Virus record (IMG/VR): IMGVR_UViG_3300020477_000037
Span: 1 to 52,535 of that record
Length of the DNA: 52,535 nt
Direction: 5' to 3' (one strand)
Source: a virus
Taxonomy: Duplodnaviria; Caudoviricetes
Under the pieces are notes generated by a model. That model did not search any database, was not told the origin of the DNA, and was given only the letters and a program-made list of their open reading frames with translations. How positions within the stretch are numbered: position 1 is the stretch's first letter; each line of letters opens with the position of its first letter. Of the stretch, positions 1 through 9,700 are shown piece by piece. The translations under genes were made by a program, and so were the position numbers.

Positions 1-130
1 GCTGCTGAAATGGATGGTTGGATTGATGAGTTTAGATTTAGTAATGTAGATAGAGGCTGGACTGGTGCAACAATTACTGTTCCAACCTCTGCACATTCCT
101 TAGATTCGGATACACGATGCTTGTTGCATT
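1..130. repeat. Near-identical copy of the contig's last 130 bp (terminal overlap, copy 1)
   Basis: 1..130 aligns to 52406..52535 with 4 mismatches (positions 2, 33, 51, 54); 55..130 is identical to 52460..52535. Confidence 0.95.
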
Positions 131-909
131 TTGATGGTTCTAATAATTCAACTACTTTTACTGATTCAAGCTATGACACCTACCATTACTACTCAGTCAT
201 ACATATGCCGACAGGCCCAAGTAATTACAACCACGCTGACGTTAAAGTAGTTGTATGGACAGGTACAGTATGGAAGGAAGTGGTCAGATACTATAGCTCT
301 GCTTGGCAACGTAATACTAATACAGCTGATTCTACTGCTACGACTTGGACTAACGCTACTGTCAATGACATGGTTCATGCTATTAGTGAAGCTATTGAAA
401 ATAACACTAGACTTCGTATGAAAGAAGCTGACGTTGAGGGTATCTCTGATGCTAATTGGAAAGCTGCTGGCGGTCTGACTATTGGTACAACGGTTAAGGT
501 GGGTATGGCTGTGACCATGAAGTCGGAATCTACTACGGGTAATTCAACTACTGACTTAGTACAGTTTAATTATGACGGGGCTAACTTACAGGGTACTTGG
601 AAGACAAGAGTATTTGGCGGTACTAATATGCCACCACTCGCAGGATCAGCACCAAGTAACATTATACTAGAGGTAATTGATAATCGTGTTAGTGGTACGC
701 CAACCTATAAGGTTTCCCGTGACGGAGGTAGTAACTATGACACTATATCTTCATGGGACATAGAAGACACTTTAGCTGATGGTACTACGGTTAGATTAGC
801 AGACGTAACCATGACTGCTACTTCAGGTACTAGCCCTCTTGTAAGTATTGAACAGAGTGGCACGGGTCAGGATTACAGGTTATATTCACTTGGATTGAAA
901 TATAAATAG
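1..909 (+). CDS. C-terminal part of the tail fibre / receptor-binding protein (continues the ORF starting at 48527 across the contig join)
   Basis: ATG at 10 corresponds to 52415, which is in frame with 48527. Contains the LamG-like end motifs DGWIDEFRFS and LLHFDGSNNSTTFTDSS and is Thr/Ser-rich. Confidence 0.8.
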   Translation, partial: AAEMDGWIDEFRFSNVDRGWTGATITVPTSAHSLDSDTRCLLHFDGSNNSTTFTDSSYDTYHYYSVIHMPTGPSNYNHADVKVVVWTGTVWKEVVRYYSSAWQRNTNTADSTATTWTNATVNDMVHAISEAIENNTRLRMKEADVEGISDANWKAAGGLTIGTTVKVGMAVTMKSESTTGNSTTDLVQFNYDGANLQGTWKTRVFGGTNMPPLAGSAPSNIILEVIDNRVSGTPTYKVSRDGGSNYDTISSWDIEDTLADGTTVRLADVTMTATSGTSPLVSIEQSGTGQDYRLYSLGLKYK

Positions 910-916
910 GAGTAGC

Positions 917-1105
917 TTGATGTCTATTACTAGGATACATACGCCAGAGAATGTTAAGAAAAATGAAGAGGAAAGTATTTATACAAATACAATGGCATCT
1001 ATTGATACTAACGATATTACAGACGCTAAGACTAAAGCTGTAGTAGATAAGATTATAGATCTAATTAAATCTCTTAAGGAAACATCTAAGAAGACATGGG
1101 CATAG
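917..1105 (+). CDS. Small hypothetical protein after the tail fibre (possible fibre chaperone); likely start ATG 920
   Basis: ORF with AGGAG SD directly after the fibre stop. Confidence 0.5.
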   Translation: MMSITRIHTPENVKKNEEESIYTNTMASIDTNDITDAKTKAVVDKIIDLIKSLKETSKKTWA

Positions 1106-1152
1106 CTTTATTATTAATTTAATATTAATTATTTTGAAGGCTTCGGATATAA

Positions 1153-1404
1153 ATGGAATTTGATCAATTAAAAGATGACATTAATAATATCCATAAAACT
1201 CTAATCAGAATGGAAACTAATCAGGGTAATATATTAAATATGGTAACTAAGCATGATTCTGAACTATATGGAAACGGTCACGATGGGTTAAAGATTAGAA
1301 TAGATAGAATAGAGACTTCTGGTCGTTTATTTAGCAAGATTGCTGGACTTGGTTTTTTAGGAGCCTTCGGCAAAATTATTACTGATATTTTTAAAGGAGC
1401 TTAA
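1153..1404 (+). CDS. Lysis-region membrane protein (coiled coil plus C-terminal TM; holin/antiholin-like)
   Basis: N-terminal coiled coil and hydrophobic IAGLGFLGAFG near the C-terminus; sits upstream of holin/spanin candidates. Confidence 0.5.
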   Translation: MEFDQLKDDINNIHKTLIRMETNQGNILNMVTKHDSELYGNGHDGLKIRIDRIETSGRLFSKIAGLGFLGAFGKIITDIFKGA

Positions 1405-1405
1405 A

Positions 1406-1576
1406 ATGGACGCAATGTTGAAAGGTAAGAAGACTTACTTAGTTGCTATTATTGGTGGTGTGATGGCTGGACTTGAGTGGTATGGAATTACTGTGCCTGA
1501 GTTTGTTTATGCCATGCTAGGCTCAATGGGTCTTATTACTCTTCGTCATGGTATGAAAACTGAGGGCGGAAAATGA
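1406..1576 (+). CDS. Putative holin, 56 aa (not in ORF track)
   Basis: Translates to MDAMLKGKKTYLVAIIGGVMAGLEWYGITVPEFVYAMLGSMGLITLRHGMKTEGGK: two TM segments, GKKTY motif, AAGGAG SD, ATGA overlap with the next gene. Confidence 0.65.
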   Translation: MDAMLKGKKTYLVAIIGGVMAGLEWYGITVPEFVYAMLGSMGLITLRHGMKTEGGK

Positions 1577-1839
1577 CAGTTTATTTGCTCATGGGTGGGT
1601 TGGTAATGTTAATTGGTATCTACCTATATGCTAAGAGGGAAGGATTCCGTAGTCACGCTCTAGATAGTTTGGAGCGTGGCAACGAAATAGCCAACAAAGT
1701 AAATGATCAGGATATAAAAACAGATGATGAAACAAATAAAAAGGTTAAGTTATTTTCTGGTAGTAATGCTGTTAATTTCTGGATGCGGAGGAACGGTTCA
1801 AAGAAGTCTGAAGATGTATCCAATACCAGAGATGCCTAG
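1573..1839 (+). CDS. Putative i-spanin (Rz-like)
   Basis: N-terminal TM followed by a helical region; overlapped by a lipoprotein ORF in another frame. Confidence 0.55.
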   Translation: MTVYLLMGGLVMLIGIYLYAKREGFRSHALDSLERGNEIANKVNDQDIKTDDETNKKVKLFSGSNAVNFWMRRNGSKKSEDVSNTRDA

Positions 1840-1972
1840 TTTAAATATTACTTCGAGTGCTGATATGGTTAGTATGCCGGAAAAAGATTTCTCTGATCTA
1901 ACTCAATATGTGATCAGATTAGAAGGGCAACTGGGCAAATGCAATGATCAATCTAGGGCGTTTAATGAATAG
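1724..1972 (+). CDS. Putative o-spanin lipoprotein (Rz1-like)
   Basis: Signal peptide with lipobox ISGC, Pro-rich segment, overlapping the Rz-like gene. Implies a diderm host. Confidence 0.6.
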   Translation: MMKQIKRLSYFLVVMLLISGCGGTVQRSLKMYPIPEMPSLNITSSADMVSMPEKDFSDLTQYVIRLEGQLGKCNDQSRAFNE

Positions 1973-2381
1973 ATGGGGATTATATTTACTATGGGGTGTT
2001 ATAGGGTTTTTACTTTCGATTGGTATTTTAGTTCAGAAATCAAATGGAGAGAGTATTAAGGAGCCACCATTGGAAGAGGTTGTTAAGTGGAAACCCGACA
2101 GATCTCTAGGTCTTTTATTGATGTATCAAATAGAAGGTAGAGACATTATATTTGCTCATCCAGTTAAGAGTCAGGGAGAGTACAGACAATGCAAGGAATT
2201 ACAGTTTAAACCTAAATATAATGAGATTCACGTTATTCTAGGAGGAACAAATCCTTGGATATATATTGTTACAGGCGATGCTACAATGTACCGGCTAAAA
2301 AATTCTGTCAAATGGGAACGTATTGGCAATCTAGCAAAAACTATATGGCAAAAACCATATCAATTTATAGTAAAGGAGTAA
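1944..2381 (+). CDS. Membrane-anchored hypothetical protein; likely start ATG 1965
   Basis: N-terminal TM (WGLYLLWGVIGFLLSIGILV) followed by a soluble beta-rich domain. Confidence 0.5.
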   Translation: MINLGRLMNRWGLYLLWGVIGFLLSIGILVQKSNGESIKEPPLEEVVKWKPDRSLGLLLMYQIEGRDIIFAHPVKSQGEYRQCKELQFKPKYNEIHVILGGTNPWIYIVTGDATMYRLKNSVKWERIGNLAKTIWQKPYQFIVKE

Positions 2382-2385
2382 TGTA

Positions 2386-3609
2386 ATGGGAGAGTTCAAG
2401 GAAGGATCTTATGCACATCCAGATATCGGCAATGTGCCAACACCAACTATCAGCAATGTGTCTCCGTATCCAAGTATAGCTGACAGAATACATAGCCCCC
2501 AAGATTGGACTGATAGTAAAGCATTGGCCCACGCACTTCAGCACCAATCCGATTATACAATATCTCCAACAGATGCTATGGCTCAGTCTTTAAATACGGG
2601 GTTCTTTAATAAGGCTGGCGAAGTGAAAAGTGATTGGTCTTGGCCATCTTGGGATGATGTTGTGCAAAGTGCAAAAAATCTTGCAAAGTCAGCATGGAGT
2701 CTCAAAGGGTTACAAGTTGTATTAGGTGGTATTGATGCATGGCAAACAAGAGAAGCTGAACAAGCTAATAATCAATTAGGCCGTGATCTTTTAAAGCAAC
2801 AAGGGGATTTGCAAAGAGAATCACTTGATTATGCTAGACAACGTCAGGAAACTATTGATGCTCAGAGAGAGCGTGATCGTCAAGAAGCTCAAGCTAAAGT
2901 CAGGGAGCGAGAAGGACAGCTTAGTAGCTTAACGTCACAATTTACATCTCCAGAATATCTTGAAGAAATGCGACAGTTAGCTAAGACACAAGCACAGCCG
3001 GTAATAAACCAAATTGAACAGAATTACAAACAAGATATGATTGATTTTGAATCTCGTAAACAACAAGCTGAGAGTCAGTTAAGTTCTTCTAGGTATAGAG
3101 GTACAGTATTTGACACAAGACGTAGACAGGTGAATGAGCAATTAAATAGGGAGAGGGCTATTATAGATAGAAAAAGAACGGATAGTCTTTCTAAGGTTAC
3201 CGCAGACATAGAAGGTATTGCACAGAATACTTTACAGCAAAACTATGCCCGTGCAACACAATTATTTAATACAGGCATTGGTGTAGATCAAATAGCAAAC
3301 CAGATCCGTCAGGGTAATATCCAGCAAATGAATCAGAGTTTACAGAATATTGACAGAGCTTATGGTCGTGCCGGACAATTTGCTGGCATACAACAAGCAG
3401 GTGTTAGCGGATTAAAAATACCTTCTACTTTTGCTGGTATGGCTAGTGATGTAACAGGGACTGTGTTTGAAAAGCCTGACTTTGAAAAGAAATATGATTT
3501 TGTTTTAGCAAAGACAGAAGATGAAGATAAGGCTTTAAAAGCTATTTCTGGTTATCCGGTGAAGGGAGGTATGTTTGGACAACCCACCCCCACCCCCACA
3601 ACACAATAA
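2386..3609 (+). CDS. Putative internal virion (ejection) protein
   Basis: Q/R/E-rich coiled coil with a short hydrophobic segment; first of four large genes that end in the LPD38-like protein. Confidence 0.55.
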   Translation: MGEFKEGSYAHPDIGNVPTPTISNVSPYPSIADRIHSPQDWTDSKALAHALQHQSDYTISPTDAMAQSLNTGFFNKAGEVKSDWSWPSWDDVVQSAKNLAKSAWSLKGLQVVLGGIDAWQTREAEQANNQLGRDLLKQQGDLQRESLDYARQRQETIDAQRERDRQEAQAKVREREGQLSSLTSQFTSPEYLEEMRQLAKTQAQPVINQIEQNYKQDMIDFESRKQQAESQLSSSRYRGTVFDTRRRQVNEQLNRERAIIDRKRTDSLSKVTADIEGIAQNTLQQNYARATQLFNTGIGVDQIANQIRQGNIQQMNQSLQNIDRAYGRAGQFAGIQQAGVSGLKIPSTFAGMASDVTGTVFEKPDFEKKYDFVLAKTEDEDKALKAISGYPVKGGMFGQPTPTPTTQ

Positions 3610-3618
3610 GGTATAGCA

Positions 3619-5295
3619 ATGAACGATAACAGCACAATAAATAGTTTAGTCGGTAGGGATATTCCTCAAGTTAGTCTAGATGAATTGATCTATGGTGGTT
3701 ATACGTCTAGCTCTTTTAAAAGCCCGTATGAGACAAAAGCAAAAAACATAGCTAAAACTGTGCAAGATTTAACTGCACTTGAAGCACAGGGAAAGCTGAC
3801 GGCTCGTGGCAAGACTAAGCTGATGCTTGCTCAATCAAAATATGATAATGCTTTAAAAGACTTAGAGGTTGATATCCAGTCTAGGTATGGAAGGTTTGAT
3901 GCTAAGAGAAAAGCCAAACAAGCAAAGGATTTAAAGAGTTCTTATGAATCAGAATTTAAAAATGTCCTCAAGGGTTACGATAGTAATGATATCCAAACTG
4001 AGAGAATACAAAACTATATATATAATTTCCCAATCAGAAATCAACCTCAAAGTAAAGAGGATATTCCAAAATTGTTATCTAAATTTCGTCATGGGATGTC
4101 TAACCTTGACGTAATTAATATAACATCCCGCAATACTCTTATTAAAACAACTAAGGAGTTAAATGATATAAGAAAGGGACGTATATCTGCTGCTAAAGAT
4201 GCCGGTGAACAATGGTTGGCTGATGACGTAAGGGTATATAGGATGCAGACTAAATTACTAGATTTGGTAAAAAACCCTAAATACAGAGGTGTTGAATTTC
4301 AAGAATGGTTTAAGGATATTCAAAAAGAACTCAAAGATAAATCGCCAGACCCAAAAGCATTCGTACAATATAAACCAACTGAAAAAGAATTTAATCAAGC
4401 CGAAGAAGCTTTTAAATATTTGAATGGTGCTGTATTTAGAGAAGGGTTCGACAAGAATTTCGAACCAGAAGGATACGCTAGAAATTTTTTTAAATACATG
4501 GGCGATTTTAATAAAGTTTTTTACGGTAGGGATATAGCTAGTGAAGAGGGGTTACAGGCTATTGGTGAAAGATTTAAACAGGTATCTGACTATGTTGATA
4601 AAAGTTATAGTAAAGAGAGTAAGTTATATAAAGATAGGCTTACCACAGATAAGTTAAGAGATCTTAAATTTGCTTATGCTATAGATCCAGATCCGAATGT
4701 TAATTTAAAAAAAATAAAAGGTTTTTTTGATGACGTTCTAGTATTACCAGTACAAGTTTCAGAAGTTAATAAACATTTATCGAATTGGAAGGATGGTGAG
4801 AAGCTGTTGGAAACTGGCGAAACTAAAAAATTAGAAGACTCTGCAAATATGCTCGAAGCCTTTCTATCAATACCACAAGCAGTCAGGAGGAAGTTTGCTA
4901 TAAAGGGCAAGTTTCCACTTTTACCAAATACAAGGAAATGGTTAAGGGATAGTGTTGTTGATTATTTAAATAGTGACGTTGGCGGGGCTATGCTTCATGA
5001 AAGAGACGCAGAATTTAAAGATTTAGATCTTAATAAGCCAAGTGCTTATTTTGAAAAAACAAAGAGACCAAGTCAGGCTAAACTTCTTAAAAAAGCGGTG
5101 GAGGAGTTTAAGAAGTCAGAACATTATTATACTGAAGATGGTCAAGTTGATCAAACATCTGCTGCAAAACTAGGCCAGATGGGTACTGACAATATTAAAG
5201 AGTCAAAAGAAAAAAATTTAAAAGAATTTTTAATTCAATTTCTTGCTGATAAATTTATGACAAGTCTTCTCAACCCAGATTTAAACGGGGGCTAA
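3619..5295 (+). CDS. Putative internal virion protein (helical, K/D/E-rich)
   Basis: 558-aa ORF within the ejection-protein cluster; no catalytic motif recognised. Confidence 0.5.
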   Translation: MNDNSTINSLVGRDIPQVSLDELIYGGYTSSSFKSPYETKAKNIAKTVQDLTALEAQGKLTARGKTKLMLAQSKYDNALKDLEVDIQSRYGRFDAKRKAKQAKDLKSSYESEFKNVLKGYDSNDIQTERIQNYIYNFPIRNQPQSKEDIPKLLSKFRHGMSNLDVINITSRNTLIKTTKELNDIRKGRISAAKDAGEQWLADDVRVYRMQTKLLDLVKNPKYRGVEFQEWFKDIQKELKDKSPDPKAFVQYKPTEKEFNQAEEAFKYLNGAVFREGFDKNFEPEGYARNFFKYMGDFNKVFYGRDIASEEGLQAIGERFKQVSDYVDKSYSKESKLYKDRLTTDKLRDLKFAYAIDPDPNVNLKKIKGFFDDVLVLPVQVSEVNKHLSNWKDGEKLLETGETKKLEDSANMLEAFLSIPQAVRRKFAIKGKFPLLPNTRKWLRDSVVDYLNSDVGGAMLHERDAEFKDLDLNKPSAYFEKTKRPSQAKLLKKAVEEFKKSEHYYTEDGQVDQTSAAKLGQMGTDNIKESKEKNLKEFLIQFLADKFMTSLLNPDLNGG

Positions 5296-6777
5296 ATGCA
5301 GAAGTTAGGTTCTGATGCGGATATAAATATACAATATGGTCTTGAGCATTCAGAAACGCCTTGGCATCGTATTTTAATACAGCATAATCCGGGCAATGAA
5401 GATGGTCGCTATGCTCGTGAACAACTAGAAGATTATTTCATAGATAAGGCGGAAGAGACAGGATTGCTAAATGACGAGTCTGGGCATCTTATCCCAGAGA
5501 TTGCTGTAAAAGCTTCTCGTTTTGCATGGGCTGATTATGATACAGCTATGCGTGGTACTCCGTTAAAAAAATTATGGGATAGGTTTATAGAAGTATCACT
5601 TGCCTTTAAGCACCAGCATCTTGATTCTAATCAATATGATAATACAGTCCTCTCAACAAAAAGTGACTATCAGTATAAACCTTTACAAAAAGCTTCTGAA
5701 TTAGAGGTTGTACGAAAAGGGACTCACCACCAGATTGCTAGAGGTGATACTTTAACAAAGATAGCTCGTAAATATAATGTATCATTAGAATCATTAGTAG
5801 AGGCAAACCCAAAAGAAAAATCCCCTTGGCTTAAAAATATAAATCTCATTATGCCCGGTGGCTGGGTTCGTATCCCAGAACCAATGCCATCAGAAGAATA
5901 TACTGAGGCTCAATTGGGCTTAGTGGGGGTTCGTCCTCCAGAAACTGCAAAAGAAGCGTGGGCTAAGACTTTTCTAAAAGAAAGAAAAACGTATGTTAGT
6001 CCAGAACATCTTACGGTAGAATTAGATAGACTTTCTAATATGAAAGATAAGGATGATCTTAGTGCAATTCAGGGGTTTCTTGGGAAACCAAGCAAAGAAC
6101 GGTACTCTGACTTTGGTAAAACTTTTGGTTTTTCAATAAAATCTAAATCTACGAAACAAAAAACTTGGGAGAGAATTAAAGCTGTTTCTATTGTTGCAAA
6201 AAATAATAGAGATTTTTTTGATACTGCCGTTAGTCTTATGCGATCTCATGATCAAAACATTTTAAACGATAAAAATGTGTATCCTGTTATAACAGGTGGG
6301 AAGGAAGATGATTTCCATGCTATGTCAGGGCCACATCCAGTATCGAATAAAGGCCTTGCATTAGATTTTAGGATGCAGGGGAAGCTAGGTGGAGATAAAG
6401 ATAAAAATACAGTAAAGATGTTACATGATCTAGCAAAAAAAGACTTTGGACTGAAAGATATGGATTTATATAGTGGGTTAGACTTGTTCAAGCCTGTATT
6501 AAGAAGGGATGATATCAAAGAGGGAGAAATTAGTCCAACAACGATATTTAAAGGCTATGAAGGTAAAGAAGAAAAAAAATCAAAATACGGTTATAAATAT
6601 GATTTTTATTTCAAAAAAAATAACATCTTATATCATGTGATAACTGAGGGGGATCATGTTCATTTTGATAATATGCTCACAGAAGATTATAAATTAAATA
6701 AGTTTCATGTGCAAGGGATTTATCCAGAAGAGATAGTAGAATCAAGTGTACGCCCAAATGAAGAGGACGATAATTAA
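5296..6777 (+). CDS. LysM plus M15-like Zn peptidase: putative virion-associated peptidoglycan hydrolase
   Basis: LysM (HQIARGDTLTKIARKYNVSLESLVEANP...INLIMPGGWVRIP); peptidase-like motifs SGPH...GLALDFR and EGDHVHFD. Confidence 0.7.
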   Translation: MQKLGSDADINIQYGLEHSETPWHRILIQHNPGNEDGRYAREQLEDYFIDKAEETGLLNDESGHLIPEIAVKASRFAWADYDTAMRGTPLKKLWDRFIEVSLAFKHQHLDSNQYDNTVLSTKSDYQYKPLQKASELEVVRKGTHHQIARGDTLTKIARKYNVSLESLVEANPKEKSPWLKNINLIMPGGWVRIPEPMPSEEYTEAQLGLVGVRPPETAKEAWAKTFLKERKTYVSPEHLTVELDRLSNMKDKDDLSAIQGFLGKPSKERYSDFGKTFGFSIKSKSTKQKTWERIKAVSIVAKNNRDFFDTAVSLMRSHDQNILNDKNVYPVITGGKEDDFHAMSGPHPVSNKGLALDFRMQGKLGGDKDKNTVKMLHDLAKKDFGLKDMDLYSGLDLFKPVLRRDDIKEGEISPTTIFKGYEGKEEKKSKYGYKYDFYFKKNNILYHVITEGDHVHFDNMLTEDYKLNKFHVQGIYPEEIVESSVRPNEEDDN

Positions 6778-9700
6778 TGCAACCATTTGCTGATTTTTTA
6801 AAAACTTTCAATCAAAGAGCTAGGAATATAGAGAAGGCTCGTGGTCAATCCCCTGATACTGTGGTTGGTGGTGACCCTGTGATGACAACTAAAGAATCTC
6901 TCATTACAGAGAAAGAAATCCCTAAGTTAAAAGATACTAAACCTAAAGTAAACACACCTAATGTAATGCCGGAGCTTACATTGTATCAACCCCCGGTAGA
7001 TGAAGATTTCTCTTATGACTTTCAAGGAGACATAGATTCTCCTAATGCAAATATTCCTCCTGAAACAGAAACGAAACCACTTATACAATGGGATAAAGAT
7101 ACAACACCATTATCAGAAAGATTTGATTGGAAGATTCCATTGGAAGATGTTGATGATCTGATTGCTATGGGTGCTGTAGGTTTTTGGAAAGATATAGTAG
7201 GTGGTATGGATGTGTATTCTAAGGAAGAGCTACAGGAAAGATTAAAAAATATCGCTGAAGATGCAAGTAGAAATATGGATACATCTGATATGCCCAGTAA
7301 TTTTTGGGAGTTAGGAAGTCTTACCAAAAAAGGTGTAAGAGGCATACTATCAATGTTAGGGCCAGCAGGTGATACAGATAGATTGCAAGAAAATGTTAAC
7401 GAATTCAAAGCTAACTTATCAAAGGAAACACAAGATGCTTTAGAAAGAAACTTTGTTACTCAAGATGCCGAAGGGAATTATCATGTTGGTAATGCCGATA
7501 TCAATACATTACTTGCTATGGTTGCGGTGCAATCCCCAAATATTATAGCAACATTAGGATCGGCTTATATTGGAGGTGCTTTATTAACAAGACTAGCTGG
7601 GATACCGGCAGCTTTAACTCCCAAAGCATTAGCATCTGTTAGAAAAACTGGTTACTTTACATCAGCTATTGGGACTCAATATACCGCAACGGCTCTTTCT
7701 ACATCCAGTCAAGTATATGAATCTTTATCTGAACAACCCGCACATTTATGGCAAGAAAGTCCACTCTATAATCGTGTTATGGATAAGTTATTAAATAATC
7801 CAGAGCATGGAGTTCCCACAGAAGACTATGACAAGCTACATGATTATGCGGTTGAATCAGTATCAAGACAATTAGCCTATGAAGCTGGGATTGTTAGTGG
7901 TGATATTTCTGCTTTAGCCATGACTCCGTTTGCCGGATGGCTTGGTAAAATTATGAGTGGCAAAAAAGTACAATATAATAAAGCATTCTTTAATAAAATA
8001 GGTGCTGTTAAAGAAGGGTTAAAGGGTACTGGTTTAGAAATGGTTGCGGAGGGGATGCAAGAAGGTTTTGCTGAAACTATGACAAGGAATTATTATCTCC
8101 GTGAGGGTGGTCAGCCTGTTAATATTTGGCATAATGTAATTAATGATACTATAACTGGCTCACTTGTATCTGGCCCAACCGCCCTTACTATGACTACTGC
8201 TGTAGCAATTACAGCACCAATACAAATAGATAAGATTAATAAAGAAATTACTAAAGGATTAGAGGGTGAAGGGTTGTTTGATGTTGGATCTACATTAGAT
8301 GAAACTGGACTATCTTATGTTATAAATCAAGACATTAATATAAGTGAGTCCGATAATAAAACATTGCAAGACTTGGTAGATAATGCTGATGAAGTTTTAG
8401 CTAGAGAGCCTATAGCAGAACAAGATGCTGATGGGTCTGATGACCCAAGCATGATAGCAATAGCCAATCAATATAATGTTGTTAGACAAAAAAGAGATGA
8501 TGCTCTAGCAGAACTTGCAAGAAGAACTGATGAAAGAGTTAATGAAACTGAAGAGGAATCAACACAAAGTGCTTTATTAGATCAGCCGGTTGTTCTTGAT
8601 CCGATTATTGTAGAAGCGGAAGACCCGTCTAAGTTTAAGGTTGAAGAAGATGAAGATGGTAAATTTTATATTAATAATCCAGTTACAAAAGAAAGAATGG
8701 AGAAACAATATAATAATTTAAACTCAGCCCAACAAGACGCAAACGAATTGAATAATTTAAATCAAAGGCCGGATGATTTGGAAACTCCTTTTACGGTTTC
8801 TTTTCAAAACCCAGAAACTAGGCAACGAATTGTGGATACTGCAAAAAAATATAAGTATCGACAGGGATCTGGTAGCAAACAAAGACGGGAGGCGTTTGAA
8901 GAGGATCTACAAGTTGGTGAGAACTGGGTTCCAAAAGCAGATGATGATAAGGATATTGTTAAAAGTGTTTACCTTATGTCCTATTATATACATCAACGGC
9001 AGAAATCAGAGAAGAAAAGGGATAAAAAAGTTTCGGATGAGATGCATAGTCTTTTAAATGAAGTTGGATATACGGATGAACAAATTGCTTTTATGGCAAA
9101 TGAAGCTAAACAAGCAATTATTAATAATAAAAAGATTAAATTTTATGATGTTAACCCTAATCTCACAAAAGAGCCGTATGAGTTTACTTGGAAGGGGATA
9201 GAAGATCCAAGTGGGGAGCCTGTCATTTCCACAGATAGTCCTCGTATTATAGATACTCCACAGAAAAAATCTATTTTTAATAGATTTAAAAAATTATGGA
9301 AGCGATTAGATGATAAGAGAGCTTCTGTAAAATTAACTACGGCTGAAAGAATCCGTGAATTATTATCTGAAGGGATTGGTATTAAATTTAAGCCCGGTTT
9401 TAAAACACAGCTAGATCCAACTAACCCAAGAAAGTGGAAGATAAAAAACCTTTCAGATGTTCAAGAGTTAATCCATTTATTTGGATCAGCTTTAAGTGGC
9501 TATCATAAGAGTTTACATACGGCTTATTATCGTGCTGTTAAGGCTGAAAAAATAAAAGGATTACATTTAGATCAAGCAATACTTGGTGAAAATATAGGTG
9601 AGTTTAAAACAGAAAACGAAAAAATTAATGCTATATGGGGGGAGTTTTTAAATCAATATATATATGACAGCCAGACGACAGCAAAGAATTATCCGGCACT

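Noticed and set aside
1-130. DGR template/variable repeat pair with 52406..52535
   Set aside because: No reverse transcriptase, the differences are not adenine-specific, and the copies sit at the contig ends.
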